64,000 nucleotides of DNA from Adineta vaga (GCA_021613535.1 CP075493.1:7006001-7070000); one strand, 5' to 3'; counted from the stretch's first letter, positions 13,837 to 28,000 are shown. The notes: generated from the letters alone by a model not told the origin. A program made the numbers and translations.

Positions 13837-14326
13837 ATGTGTCGTCCAAAAAAGCAAGTATGTTTGGTTTGAAACAAACATGATCATATGAGGAAATGAA
13901 AATTTATAAGATATTATTTCAATTAATCTCTGTAATTACAGGAGTTGGAAGAGGAATTATTTCTTGATAACTCTTATCATGAATCACATGAGAATGGTCT
14001 TCAAGCGATTATAACTGAACAACAAATGGAATTAGAACAATTACTTCAAACAGTGGAGAATCTCAGGAATGATATTATTAAACTACATGATCAAGAACAG
14101 GAATTAATCCAAAGTTTAACTATAATGAAACAATCTCAAACTTCATCTATACTATGTGATATTTATTCTTTTATTGCCAATAAAAAACTTCTTTTCTTTG
14201 GTATGAATAACAAACAATTGATTTCAATAAAGATAGAAATCTTTATTTCTTTTAGTATCTGGTTTTCTCACAGGTTTCTATATTATTCCTACGATTAGTA
14301 AACTAATTTCTTCAACACGTGTTTAA
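13837..14326 (+). CDS. Small coiled-coil protein with C-terminal hydrophobic segment (tail-anchored candidate), 3 exons
   Basis: MCRPKKQ|ELEEELF..coiled coil..LLFF|VSGFLTGFYIIPTISKLISSTRV*; introns 13858-13941 and 14201-14255 keep frame. Confidence 0.6.
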
Positions 14327-14391
14327 TAATAATAATATATAGATGTATATGTGTTTTGATAACTTTTTCTTTGAATCTTGATAAATTTCAG

Positions 14392-15201
14392 ATGGATCCC
14401 GATGTTGATGATAATCATGATTTCTTAGAGACAGCACTTGATTATACAAAAGTAAGAATTTTTTGTTTTGGTTACTTTCAATATGTAATATACGTTTGTA
14501 TTTAGGTTGAACCGATCAATCAACGACGTCAAACTGAACATATAAATCAATTTTTACTTAATACTGTTCATTTCTTTAACACATTCAGTGCACAAGTAGA
14601 ACATAAATTCCAGAAACTTGAGACTAATTTACAACGTATTGATGCCGATTTTGCAATACTTGATTCTAAAGTAAAGATTATTTCTTATCGTAGCTGATTC
14701 AGAAGAATTTCAATGTTCATTGGATCTATATTATCTTTCGTTGTAGCTTCGTTCAACTCCAGGTTATCAGCCACTTGATCTTGCAGATGTTTTAAGTCCA
14801 GTAGCAAGTACAGAACAAACAGTCTCATCCGCGAATACCAGTGTCGCATCTATTCCACCTCCTGCTCCACCACTATCTAATGGCATACCTCCTCCGCCAC
14901 CACCGACTAGCGGGGCACCACCACCTCCTCCTCCTCCTCCTCCGCCACCTGAACCTGAAATAGTTGAAGATCCTCGAACAGAAAAATATCGTAAAATGTT
15001 GGCTGTGGTATGAAAATATATATTCTACTTTCATTCCATTGTCTTTTTGTTTCTATTTATTAGCGTGTACCACGACAAGCTGTTCGACATAAGATGATCG
15101 CCGAAGGTTTAGATCAAGCTACTATCGAGTAAAACTATCTATTCTTTATTATTTCATCAATTACAATTTTCTCTTTTAGATCTGTGATTGGTCCAGATTA
15201 A
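14392..15201 (+). CDS. WASHC3: WASH complex subunit 3 (CCDC53)
   Basis: LDYTKVEPINQRR..INQFLLNTVHFFNTFS..LETNLQRIDADFAILDSKLRSTPG, polyPro, DPRTEKYRKMLAV.VPRQAVRHKMIAEGLD. Confidence 0.88.
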
Positions 15202-15332
15202 ATATTTGCAATGACTTATTAGTCTTTTTTTGTGTCTTTATTCATGTAATTTCTTTCGTATCGATTTATAAATAAAATTTTATCGAATTCAATTTTCTAA
15301 TAATTCAATCCAAACAGCTACTTCAGATAAAC

Positions 15333-16058
15333 ATGGATATGCATCATCAACATGCAACAATCTATTCTTCGACACCGAAATTAAGTGAACCACTTTTGAG
15401 TACATCTCGATTGAGAACAGATCGAAATGATTTTATTTCTTCACTTGTTCATACTCTTGTACAATCTGATCCAATGAAACAAAATTCTCTGATCGATTCT
15501 CTTCGACATCAACAACAAATTATTGGTACTAACTCGAAAAATATTCATCATTTTTCTCGACAAAAACGAAAACATCTTTCTCGTCAAGGCAATAAAGTTT
15601 TATCGAAAACAATTAAAAAAGCTCGACATGATGCTCGACAAGTACGTACAGATCAACTACAAATTGATTATAACAATTATGTATTTATGAATCATCTCTG
15701 GAAACAATACATAGCAGAATTATTTAAAGATGCGACAAGTAATGATTCAATACTTCAACGAATGATCAGTGCAGATTATCATGGATGTTTGATACGAGTT
15801 GTTGAAGCAAAAAATCAATCATTAGTGGGTAAAGAAGGAATTGTTATTCAAGAAACAAAAAATGTATTTATTATTATTGAAAAAACTAAAAATCGTCGAA
15901 GTTCGATCTTGAAAAAAGATTGTCTCTTTTCAATGATCATTCCTGTTGGTGATAAAGAACAAACCGTGTTTGTTTCAGGCACATCAATAACCGTGCGACC
16001 CGAACAACGTGGACAAAAACGTTCGACAAGTATCGAATATATGCATAAATTTTGTTAA
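15333..16058 (+). CDS. POP4: RNase P/MRP subunit p29
   Basis: MNHLWKQYI..ADYHGCLIRVVEAKNQSLVGKEGIVIQETKNVF..RPEQR, the Rpp29 domain. Confidence 0.9.
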   Translation: MDMHHQHATIYSSTPKLSEPLLSTSRLRTDRNDFISSLVHTLVQSDPMKQNSLIDSLRHQQQIIGTNSKNIHHFSRQKRKHLSRQGNKVLSKTIKKARHDARQVRTDQLQIDYNNYVFMNHLWKQYIAELFKDATSNDSILQRMISADYHGCLIRVVEAKNQSLVGKEGIVIQETKNVFIIIEKTKNRRSSILKKDCLFSMIIPVGDKEQTVFVSGTSITVRPEQRGQKRSTSIEYMHKFC

Positions 16059-16327
16059 ATTTTTATGTTTTTGATTTGTAGAAAAGAAAATTAATAAAAA
16101 ATACTGATATCAGTAATCGAATTGTATCTTTCTTCAAGAATTCAAAAATAAAGTCAATAAATACAAAAATGATAATCGAATTACAAAATTTTGAGTAAAC
16201 ATTCACTCCCTGTTGAGCAAACTGATATTCTTTTTTGCGCAAGCATTCTGACTATGAATGCATCAACTATATTCATAGAAATAATACATGAACTATTGAT
16301 CATCTTTCACATGTCCTATTCTTCTAG

Positions 16328-17473
16328 ATGCCGTACTCTATGAATGTTAAGTTACCACGTTTCATGATGCATTTTTCCTATGCTGGCCAAGCCTATGCCG
16401 GCGTTCAATGGAATCCAAGTGCAAAAATTGATAGTGTTCAAGGTGTTCTCGAACGTGCACTTCAACATTTTCAGTCGGAAAAATCTTCTCTTCGCTTTGG
16501 TGTATCATCTCGAACTGATCGTGGTGTTCATGCTTTACATAATACTGCAACATTTGATTGGACTTCACCTGCTGATATTACAACACTTGTTCAACCATTA
16601 AACGCTTATCTACAAGACAAAAAGGAACAAATACGTATTCTACGTATTCATCCTATATCACCACAATTTCATTTTCGTCGTCATTGTCACGGTCGAAAAT
16701 ACGTTTATCGTTTAGGTTTTCTAGATGAAAAAGAATTTACTAATATTAATAGTACAATTCCATTTTTAAAAAGAAAAAATCGATATCTTCTTCGAGATAT
16801 TACACCAGCTACCTATAATCTCTTTGAAAAAGATCATATTACTTATGTGGAACCACCATATGACATGGAAGCATTTCGAAAAGGAATTGAAGTATTTCAA
16901 GTAAATAAAAGATTATTTTCATTCGATTCGATAGACTTCATTGATTTTCTTGAATAGGGTCAACATAATTTTGCTGCATTTACGACTACACAAGGTCGTT
17001 TAAATATGTTAACTGAACGTCGTTGTCCAGTGAAAACGATGCGTCTTACATTAACTGAAGGTGAACGTCTGGTACCATTGATAGAATCTTCATCTCCTTC
17101 AATGACTGTCTTTAATCTTGTCTTTGAAGCAGAAGCATTTCTTTATAAATTAATTCGACGCATTACAGCAACATTAGTACATATGGCAAAAGGACAAATG
17201 ACTGTTCAAGATGTTCTTGATCGATTTTCTTGTCCACCTGATTATTATAATAGTTCATTACCGACAACTCTTAAACCACATGGTCTATTTTTGTATGAAG
17301 TGAAATATAATGAAAACGATTTTCTCAATCCACCAATGCTTAAACGTGATGATTCAATAACCGATGATATTGATAATATTATGACGGAAGTACAAGAAGA
17401 AGACAATGATGATGAAGACGATGAGAATGAAGATGAGCAACAATTCAATAATAAAATGATGATGTCAAGATAA
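16328..17473 (+). CDS. PUSL1: tRNA pseudouridine synthase TruA family (PUSL1-like), 2 exons
   Basis: FSYAGQAYAGVQ, SSRTDRGVHA catalytic motif, GQHNFAAF, AFLYKLIRR, PHGLFLYEVKY; intron ~16901-16958. Confidence 0.85.
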
Positions 17474-18126
17474 TTTTTGTTATTTTGTTTTTCGAATAAA
17501 CTCAAATACATCTCTCGATTACGTTTGTCATATTTATTCATAATTTTCAAGTTTTTGTTGACAAACATAAGTAGTAGAAGAAGAAGAAGAAGTAGAAGTA
17601 GAAGTAGATAACAAATACAAGAACAACCAAAAATAAAGAATGATAATCAGATCATTTCGAACACAGACAGAAGCAGAACAAATAAGAAAAAAAGAGAATA
17701 TGAACATAAAGAGAAAAAAATATTTGAATAAAAGTATCATTCAAGATATGAATTGAACTAATGATTCATTTAATAGAATTTTTTTATTAAATGACTTATT
17801 GAAGATTAATGAAAGCGAAGAAGAAGAAAAAAATTAACTAAGACAGGCTAATATACGCTTGAGAAATTGTCTAATAAAAAAGAAAACTAGCGTAAGTTTA
17901 ACATACACCGATCAATCTCCTTTGATTTGTTTTTCCTATCAATGATCTTTGCAAGACATTAGACAAGAAAAAAGTAAAAAATAAAATAAAATATAAGAGA
18001 ACACATACACACAGTCATTGATCTACATGTACGATGACGACGACTAGAAAAATGAAATTCAAAATGAAACATACATACATACATACATACAGACAAACAT
18101 AAATATATGTATTCATTTCAGACGAA

Positions 18127-19265
18127 TTAAAATCCATTTGCACCTAGAACAGTACCAACTGTTTGGGCTTGAATTGTTGGATGAAAGACAGGCTGTGAAG
18201 ATTTCGAATGACGTGTTACAGCCTTATGTGATGCCATACTACCAATATGAATTTTTTGCCAACATCGTTGACAGAAATAATCGAAACAAGCAAAATTACG
18301 ACAGAATAAATCACCAGCAGAGATTTTACATAGCGAACAGAAGCGATATTGTAAATGTGGTTCAATTTGAAGACGTTTTAGAAAACGAGGTGTTCGAACA
18401 TCAACTAAACATAAATTGAAATTATTAGTAAATCATCTCCCAAGCGAACAAAAAGTAGGTTTCTCATTAATGATACACTGAACTATATAAGTTTAACTTA
18501 CCGAAAGCTGTGGAAACTGCATGAAGAAAACTAGAACTATTGTCGAATGTTACTCGACCACTTCCAATTCTAACGAGAGAAAAAAACAAACAATAAAATT
18601 TTCAATAATTAAAGTATAATCTCTACTTACGGATATTTATATTTATCAATATCTACACCAGCATACACAACTCCACTAAACAAATCTTCCATTAATCGCC
18701 ATAAATATCTTGCCGTCATTGTACCATGAAGATTTCCTACAAAAATTGTTTTCTTCGAATCAAGTTGTTGTGGTGGTCTAGAAAACAAAAGACTTATTCG
18801 ATGAAATTTCAATAAAAATCAATGCATTGCTTTACCGTAATGCATAATTATTATCACCAATATTCCATGGAATAATTTCAACAGTTTTTCGTGAACCAGT
18901 TGCTGTTTCAAAATGAATAAAATAATCAGCACATGCATTATTATTGGTTTGTCGGGAACAATTATCTAATAATGTGCAGACAGATTTTGCATTATGGAAG
19001 ACAATATGAAAAAATCCATTTTCACGATGTAATTCTTTGTGTGCACCATGTAGTTTTGGCCATTGAATTTCAAAGACACCAAAACGATCAAAATTAGCAT
19101 GAATATCAGCTTCAGTTGCAAAACGTGGTACACCACCGATAAAGACTTTTTGTGAAAGTAATGGAATTTGTTGTATACCATTAGCATCGGTTGATTGCTC
19201 AGTAGAAAAATCTCCAATCCAATGACGAATATTTTCAATTGTATCATCACGTAATGGTAAAGCTG

Positions 19266-19298
<33 letters not shown>

Positions 19299-19801
19299 GC
19301 TGCTGATGCTGCTGTTGTTGAGAAGAAGCTGGTGCCAATGAAAGTAACCATGATGGACGAGCATTTTCATCATTAACATTTGATTGATGATTTGAACCAA
19401 ATGGTAAAGCTTCATTTTTAAATGAAAATGGAAGAGATGAAGATGAGAACGATGATGAGAACGATGATGATGATGATGATGTTCGAGGATTGAAATCATT
19501 TAAAACAAGTTGTTGAAATGGTAATACACATGATTGTTCAAGTGACATGATATTTGATGTATTACGAAGAATGAAATCTTGAAAAGGTTTTGGTTCTTGA
19601 TCAAATAGATTTTCATCTAAATAAATAGAAAGATGATTTTTCTTTCGAATCAAATATTTATTTGACGAACATACTTGTTAGTGTTGATGATAATCCATTC
19701 CCAAGTGTTGCTGATGATGATGGCCATGTAGAAACAAATTCTTTAGTATTATTTTTCATTGGAAATGAGAAATCATTACGTGGACAACAATTGACATCCA
19801 T
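18127..19801 (-). CDS. CPEB: Cytoplasmic polyadenylation element-binding protein (CPEB1/orb type) with polyQ N-terminus
   Basis: RRM1 [12 protein letters not shown]; RRM2 [36 protein letters not shown]; ZZ-like finger [25 protein letters not shown]. Confidence 0.92.
19266..19320 (-). repeat. (CAA/CAG)n polyQ tract in CPEB
   Basis: ttg/ctg triplet run on + strand. Confidence 0.9.
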
Positions 19802-21049
19802 AGTACGAAAAAATCGAAGAAATATACAGGATGTATTGAAATATAAAAGAAGAAAATCTTGTCTTATGTGTATGTTTATTTTGTAGTGAATGACTGAATT
19901 CGTCTGCTAACTTTTACATGTATATTCTTCTTATTCGTCGGTCGGATAAGAAGAAAGAAGAGAAAAACAACTATTTAGTAAAATAAGAATCGTCCAATTT
20001 GAACAGACGAACTAGATCTTGGAAAAGAGAAAAACGGGGGAGAGAGAGAGAGAGAGCGAGAGAAAAATAGGGAAAGATATATGTCCGAGGTCATTGATCA
20101 GTCATGCGATAGGTTTTTTTATTGAACAGACGTTCATTGATATCCTGCATGCGACATGTACAAAGGAATCTATATGTGTATATTGGATTGAATAGATACG
20201 ATGAGAGAACGAACGAATGAACGAAGAAAAAAAGAAGAAGGAATGGTGATCACACCGCAGGATAATATGTACATACGTGAACCTCGAAATGTGTGAAAAA
20301 ACACGACAAGCCAATTGAGATTGTCATGTTATTATAGGAGGGCAGCTGCTTGTCGTTTACGTTATGCCACTTCTCACATTAGCACTGAATTTATTTGTGT
20401 ACAAATTATAGAATTGATATCGAACGGAATATATGAATTCATGGGAAGATTAAACAATAAATAAGATAAAAATTGAAGGCGTTGCTTTTCTTATTTTTAC
20501 ATCCAAATATCTTGACTTAATGATTTTCGATTTCAATATTTTCTTCAAAGAATAAGTTTCTTATCTAATCTGAAAAGAATTTTTGTTTATAACAAATCTA
20601 TTCTTTCACATGTGTTATCTTTGAACACTAAATGAACATAAGAACGAATAAGTGTCAGCATGTAAGAAAACATCTGCTGATGTTTAGCAACATCACAAGT
20701 AGAAATTCGAAGAAAAGAGAATTGTTTTCAATGTTATTTACACATTAATAATAACATTATCGGATTAGATAAAAAGAGACAATAAGACGCTGAAATTTTG
20801 CGACAGAAAAAGGGTGTGATATATTCATTGATCGTTCTGAAAACGTCCATATATTCAACTCAATACATATTGTTTATTTTTGATCATCATATCTAGATAC
20901 AGCAGGAATTGAATCGAACATTTGGAGATAAATATCTTTACTTGTTCATCAAGATTTGACATTATGATATGAATGTTTACACATCGTAATATATATAGAT
21001 CACAACTTTTGGAATTTCATTACATGCATAATCCTTCGTTTTAATCATA

Positions 21050-21072
21050 GATCGATCGATCGATCGATCGAT
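21050..21072. repeat. (GATC)n self-complementary microsatellite
   Basis: gatcgatcgatcgatcgatcgat in the CPEB/AIFM3 intergenic region. Confidence 0.9.
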
Positions 21073-21494
21073 GTACACTAGATGAATGGATCTTAATGAT
21101 TTATATTCCTTACATAGATGTCATCAATAAGATGTTGTTTCTCTGTAGTGGAGCAAACTCATCGTTACCAATGAAAAAAATCTTTTACAGAACATGCGCA
21201 CGATGTTCGTTACATGTTTCGCCTACTGTGTAATAATGACAAAAAGGAAAAGAAAAAAGAAAAAGTTCTGTTTATTTCAGCATGTTCTGACAAGTTTTAT
21301 GCTTCAAAATTGCTTGGCAATTATGACAAGGTGAGAAACATTCTCGATAGAAAGAGAAAAGTAGAAGTAACTTATTTCTATTCTAATCCTATCGATTAGA
21401 ACGATGAAGAAATCAAATTAGTGCTATTTTAAGATTTAGAAAATTATATAGAAATTTTCCAGTTTTAGATATATTTATTTTAATCCTAAATAAT

Positions 21495-23892
21495 ATGGAT
21501 ACTCTTCAATTTATTAGTAGTAATACTAATGATAATCTATCTCGTGTAGCTGATGAAGAGATTCGTTATCCTCTATGCAAAATAAATGATTTACAGAATG
21601 GACAAATGAAAGAATTTGAAGTAAAAACGTCATCTAATAATACAAGTATCTTATTAATTAAACAGAATCATAAATTCTATGCATATTCAAGTAAATGTTG
21701 TCATTATAAATTACCACTAGCAAAAGGTTTGAATCGAAGTTTTACATATATTTTCATATTAATCATATTGATGAATTAGGTGTTTTAATTAATAATCGTT
21801 TACGTTGTTTTGCACATGGAGCTTGTTTTCGTGTTGATACTGGTGATATTGAAGATCATCCAGGTCATGGCAATTTACCAAGTATGTTCAACAATTGATT
21901 GATTCTTGTTTAATTAATTGAAAGTTTATATATTTGTTTAGAATATGATGTTGACATTGTCGGTGACGATGTTGTTTTAGTTGCAAATAAGCAAGATCTT
22001 GAAAAATTAGAACGTATTAAAATTCCTGATAATTTAGAAATTGAACCAGAACCAGTTATAGCTATTATCGGTGCTGGTGCAGGTAAGAATATGTTTAACC
22101 AATGAGAAAAAAACAAACGATTAGTCAAAAACTTGATTTCAGGTGGATTCACATGTGCTGATATGCTTCGTCAAAATGGATTTCGTGGTCGTATTATATT
22201 ATTTACACGTGAAGGAACATTACCTTATGATCGTGTATGTCTCATTTTTCGAAACTATATTAAATATTTTTATTCATTTCTAGGTTCAACTATCAAAACA
22301 ACCATCGAAGAAACCTCAAGATTTACTTTTACGTGATCAAACTTATTATAAACGAATTAAAATTGATTTATTGACTGAAGCAGAAGTTACAACAATCAAT
22401 TGGACAACAAAAATTATTACATATAGAATCTTAGGAAATCAATTGAAATCAATTCAATATGATTATTTAGTATTGGCAACAGGATTGCGATCGAGAAAAT
22501 TGCCCTCATCATTACTAGGTCATGATCTTCGAAATATTTTCTATTTAAGATCAGCAGAAGATGCAAGTAATCTCGTTAGTAAGTTTGTATTGTTGCATTG
22601 AAAAAAAAAATAAATCAATTCGTTTGATTTTGAATAGCTAAAGTGAAATCACCTGATATCAATGATATTGTAATTATTGGAGATTCATTTATTGCATTAG
22701 AAATATGTGGATGGTTAACAACTGGTTTGGAAGAGAAGAAAAACATTTCAGTTGTTATGCGATCAAAAGTACCAATGATGCGTATGTATGAAAGATAGGT
22801 AAATGAAGTTCTAATTATCTTTTGTGTCTAGGTATTCTTGGAGAAAAAGTTGGTCGAGCTTTACAAAAAATTCATGAAAAAAATGGAGCGAAATTCTATT
22901 CCAGTGCAACTATAACAGAGATTACAGTTGAGTCGTTTTGTTTGAAGACGAAAAAACTTGTTCTTTATATTATTTTTGTAGGGTCATCATAATGTTGTTA
23001 AATTTGTTCAAATAGGAACAGGTCAATCGATTCCATGTGATTTAATTATTGTGGCAATTGGTAGTGAATTATGTACAGAATTATATGAAAATTCACCCAT
23101 TGAAATGACTGATGATGGATTTATTAAAGTGAATCAACGTTTAGAAACATCCGTCGAACATGTATTCGCCGTTGGAGATATATGTAAATATCCATTGAAA
23201 GTATTTGATTTAGAAGATATTAATTGTCAACATTGGCAAATGGCTTGCTCAACAGGTCATCAAGCTGGTAGGAATTTTGATTGATTGATTGATAGAAGCA
23301 AAATCGATAGATTGTATGAAATAATTTGTTCCGATTGATAAAGAAAAGAAAACATACGTCAATTTCCTGGTCTATTGTTTGGATATAAGAATTAATTTCG
23401 AGCGATTTCCTTGAACCGGTATAGTCTTCAACTGATGTTGCCTTTCTAATCAATACGAGAAGAGTTGTACAAATCTTATGAGTAAGAATATCATAGCGAT
23501 ATAAACGTTTTCTTTTGTATTTAGCTGATACTATCTTACGTTATTATCTCGGTCAACCCAAAGGTGTATCACGTTCATTAAAGACTGACTTTTATACGAC
23601 ACCAATTTATTGGACAACTCAAAATAATAAAACAACGATTCGATATGCTGGCTATACTCGTGAACCTGACAATGTTATTATACATGGTGATCTTGATGGT
23701 GAATTTAAATTTGTTGCCTATTATATTGTTGATGGGTTTGTTCGAGCAGTTGCTCAATCGAAATATGAACCATTATCCAGTGAGATTGCTGAAGTTTTTC
23801 ATCATCGACGAAATATTCGAAAGGAAGATATTGAATATGATATGTATGGTTATCGAAAATATTTAGATTTTAAAAACAAGAAACCCGAATAA
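21495..23892 (+). CDS. AIFM3: AIFM3-like Rieske [2Fe-2S] + FAD-dependent oxidoreductase
   Basis: Rieske CCHYKLPL..RCFAHGACF..TGDIED; IIGAGAGG; PYDR.QLSK; LVLATG; FAVGDI; HWQMA; reductase C-terminal IRYAGY. Confidence 0.88.
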
Positions 23893-25013
23893 GTTTTAAA
23901 AGATTAACTGACATTTTATCAATCTATTTTTTATTCTACTAATAAATAGCTTTTATTAACTGATCGAATAAAGATTATTTAAAATATCACTTATGAAGAA
24001 TAGACATACAAAGATCTCAATAATATCAAAGCTTTTCCTTGAAAATAAAATATGAAGTAAATAGAATTAAGATAACGTCTGAAGAAAAAACTAAAAAGAA
24101 AATACTCTCATCAATCTTCGACTACTGTACTTGATTGTCGTACTACGTAGATAGTCAAATGACGTATTCTTTCAAGCACGTAGAAAAGCAAAAAGAACAA
24201 CAAAAAGGCTAGTAGAATATACGACTAAATAGTTTATCGACGTGAAATACGAAATACGAGAGGTTAGAGAGATAAAAACGTAAGAACATTTTTTCTCGAT
24301 TCATACATCGTCGTTGCATAGTACTACGTGCTGTTTTTATTTTTCTATACTTTACTCCTGTATCTAGTTACACACAGAATCAACAGAAACAAGTTGTTTT
24401 AGAGGAGTATATATTTTTTCAATTAGATATCTTTCTAACTAACACTGTAACTATCGATTAACGACATCTATGGTTGAAAATTGAGTATCGTCCAAAAAGT
24501 GCCTATAACTATAAATTTATCAAAAGAATATTTTTTTCTTACTTTTTCACTTGAAAAACTTGTTATTTTTTCTTCAAGAGATTTTGTAACAATCTTATAG
24601 TGGTCTAATACACAAAGAACATAGAAGAACTGCATTGGTAATGGTTCGATTTCTATATTGATTGTTTATAATATTTTGGACATTGTTTATTACTCTTTAT
24701 TCGTGTGTATTTTCGCAGAGGCAAATCCTCGCGCGTGGTCGCCGTCGTCGCCCCTCGTTCTCTGCTGTTCATAGTGTACATAGGCCTTGTCTATCTTCTC
24801 CCTTTCCGTGTGTATTCTTCTTTTGACGTTACATACCTGTGTACCTATGTAAAAATAAAACAAGAATAACAAGCATTCTATACCGGCTGATTAATTATTT
24901 TGTCTTTTTTGTCACTGCATTATTTGATTTCTGTACAAATACGGTGAGTTATGTCAAAGATGTAATCTATACTAAAAGAATGATATCCTTCCTTTTTTTC
25001 AAATAGTTAACAT

Positions 25014-28000
25014 ATGTGGTCAACACAAGGAACTACTGATTATTCAACCAGTGGTAAATTGAAAATAAAAAATGATTTTCCTACCATTTCTCTTATCTAT
25101 TTAGAACGATCAGCACCGATCAATATGCCAAATAGACAATTGGACATAGCATCGGGTTATGCTGACACACATGGAGTTGTTTTCTCACCTAAATCAACGG
25201 ATCCATCGAATCTTGGATTTAATATGTGTATTAATATCTTAGAAGGTGATAATTCACCACGTGTAAAAGACGAAGGAATAAAAGATGTTACTCAACATAT
25301 GCAAAACATGAAGATCTATGTAAGTGAAATAAAACTTGATCCGAAATAGTTTAGTGGATATAGGTTCGAAATTGGTGGGTTCGATTCTACTTTCTAACGA
25401 TGGCTATCGTCAGGCGTTACCATTGTTTATAATTTCTATTCGAACAGTGGTGTTATCGATCAGCCTAGATTAATAAAATAGTTGATTCTTTTCAATCAAT
25501 GTCTTCTGAAATACATTTATCAATTCGACTATTCTAACAAAACTAATTTATTTTATTTTATTTTTTATCATATCTAGACTGACAATGATAATACGAAAAA
25601 AGCTGTGGATAGTCCAACTGGTTATGATGGTAAATCCGATGATACTATAAATGAAATTGAAGGCAATCGTAAACAATCACCACGTCCATCACCTGGTCAT
25701 ATGGGAAAAGATTTATCTAATGGTGCAAATAACGAAAATCTTCCTCCAACAAATGCAATTGGATCCGGTGATGATACACAAGATAGTAGAATATCTGAAT
25801 CGCATTTAATGATGAATGGTATACCAACAGCATCATTACCTATACCATTTCAACGTGCGTCAACTGATAATCAACAACAGCAACAACAACAACAACAGCA
25901 GCAGCAACAGCAACAACAACTGCAGCAACAAATGTTACTCTACCAACAACAACAAGCGTAAGTATTAAAAAAAATTATCTATTTAAGATTAGTGAGGATG
26001 CATATAAAACCTCTACGAAAATTGCATCACTCGTTTCTATCATAGAATAGTAATGTATAAAAATGAGATGTTACATATTTTCTTAATTTAGTTATCAAGC
26101 ACAATACCAAATGCTTCAACAACAACAACAACAACAGCAACAACAACAAGCAGCTAACTATGATATGAATCCAACATCAACAAATTTTCAAACATTTGAT
26201 TATACATTAATTCAACCTCAATCGTAAGTAAATCTATATCTTGATCATTGCATCTTTCAGTTTGTTTGTACTTTGTTTTCTTCTTTATTTCTATAGATAT
26301 GAAAGTCAATCAATAATGACTGCTTTCAATCCTCAAAGTAATAATTCAAACCAACAAGATCATCAGTTAGCTGGTTTAGGACAAGCTCCACTCATGTCAT
26401 GGCTTTCAAATGCTATGGCTGCACAACAACAAACAGCTAATCAACACTCACCATATGGTTCGTCATCGAATCAGTATATTATCAATGGAAATCAAGATAA
26501 TTATTTACAACAACTACAAAGTTTTCATCAATCGCCAGCTTCACTTCCATCCTTACTTGGTCAACCACCATATTGGTCAACATTACCTACAACGTTAGTT
26601 TTTCCAGCACCACCTCCACAAGCCATGTTAGCACAACAACAACAAACAGCAAATAATGAGCAACATTCACCACAATCAAAAAGTAATAATAATAATCGTC
26701 CATTAACACCGACAAATTCGACAGATATATTGGGTACATCACAATCAAATCAACAAGCGCAACAATATATGAATATGCAACGTACAACACAAACACCAGG
26801 TTAAAATACACCATGATTGTTCAATAAAATAGAACGTCTTTCTTATTCTAGTCAATTTTCCATTTTTTGCTGCTGCGTCACCAACATTTCTGGATGCAAG
26901 TCTCATGATGTCAAATACACGTCAACCGACGGGATCATCAGGTCTTCGAATGTATCCTACACAAATACCAATACCAGGTAAATTATTTTCGTATAAAATA
27001 ATGTTTTCTTTTGTTGACATATATATATATGTATTTTACTTTAGTCAATACAAATAATCAACCTGGTATATATGGTAGTCCAGTGGCAAGTTCACTTTCA
27101 AGTTCTTTTAATGGTAAGTTTACTAAATTGTTTGAGAGTTTTTTAAAAAGAAACAATATTTCATATTAATTTAGATGCTTATCCTGTAACTACTCAACGT
27201 CGTGATCAGCCATTACCTGATTTTTCACGTCATCCAGGTGATCCTCGTCTAACAAAATCAATTCAACAACAACAACAACAAACACCATTATTTCATGGTC
27301 AATTACCCGGTGGTTTACCTCCATCGCCTGCTTATAATACCTTAATGACATCAATGACACCACCACCTACATCCAATACAGCTGGATTTGATGGATTATT
27401 CAATCCACGTTTCTATTCTCCACAAGGTCAACAAGGACAATCTGCAGGACCTTTACAACAACCAATGCTTAATGGTAATGATGCATATTCTGGACGTCGT
27501 AGTGTCGGTGGAATTAGTGGACCAATGCCTAATTTCTATGCACCTAATGTATTTGGTGGACCAGGAAATAATAATATACGTGGTAATGCTGTCAATGTTA
27601 ATTCTGGACGTGATTCTGTTGTTGCAAGAAGCAAACTATTAGATGATTTTCGTAATAGTCGTATGCCAAATTTACAATTACGTGATGTTATTGGATATTT
27701 TGCGGAATTTTCTATGGATCAACATGGTTCAAGATTTATTCAACAGAAACTTGAACGTGCAACTAATGCTGAAAAAGATATGGTTTTTAAAGAAATCCTT
27801 TCGAACGCTCCACAATTAATGACTGATGTCTTTGGCAATTATGTTATTCAAGTATATATTTATTCATTTGTTTTTTATTAATGCAATATTTCATTGATAA
27901 CTATTTTCTTTGTAGAAATTCTTCGAATTTGGTTCACCTGAACATAAAGGAATGTTAGCGCAACGTGTCCGTGGTAGTGTTTTATCGCTTGCATTACAAA

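Noticed and set aside
18966-19499. 177-aa His/Asn-rich ORF overlapping CPEB
   Set aside because: Alternative frame of the polySer/polyQ codons.
25347-25392. tRNA-like A box (TAGTTTAGTGG) and B box (GGTTCGATTC) in a Pumilio intron
   Set aside because: Spacing is too short, there is no anticodon arm or acceptor stem, and the T-stem is imperfect. At most a SINE relic; the bases also take part in the intron fold-back.
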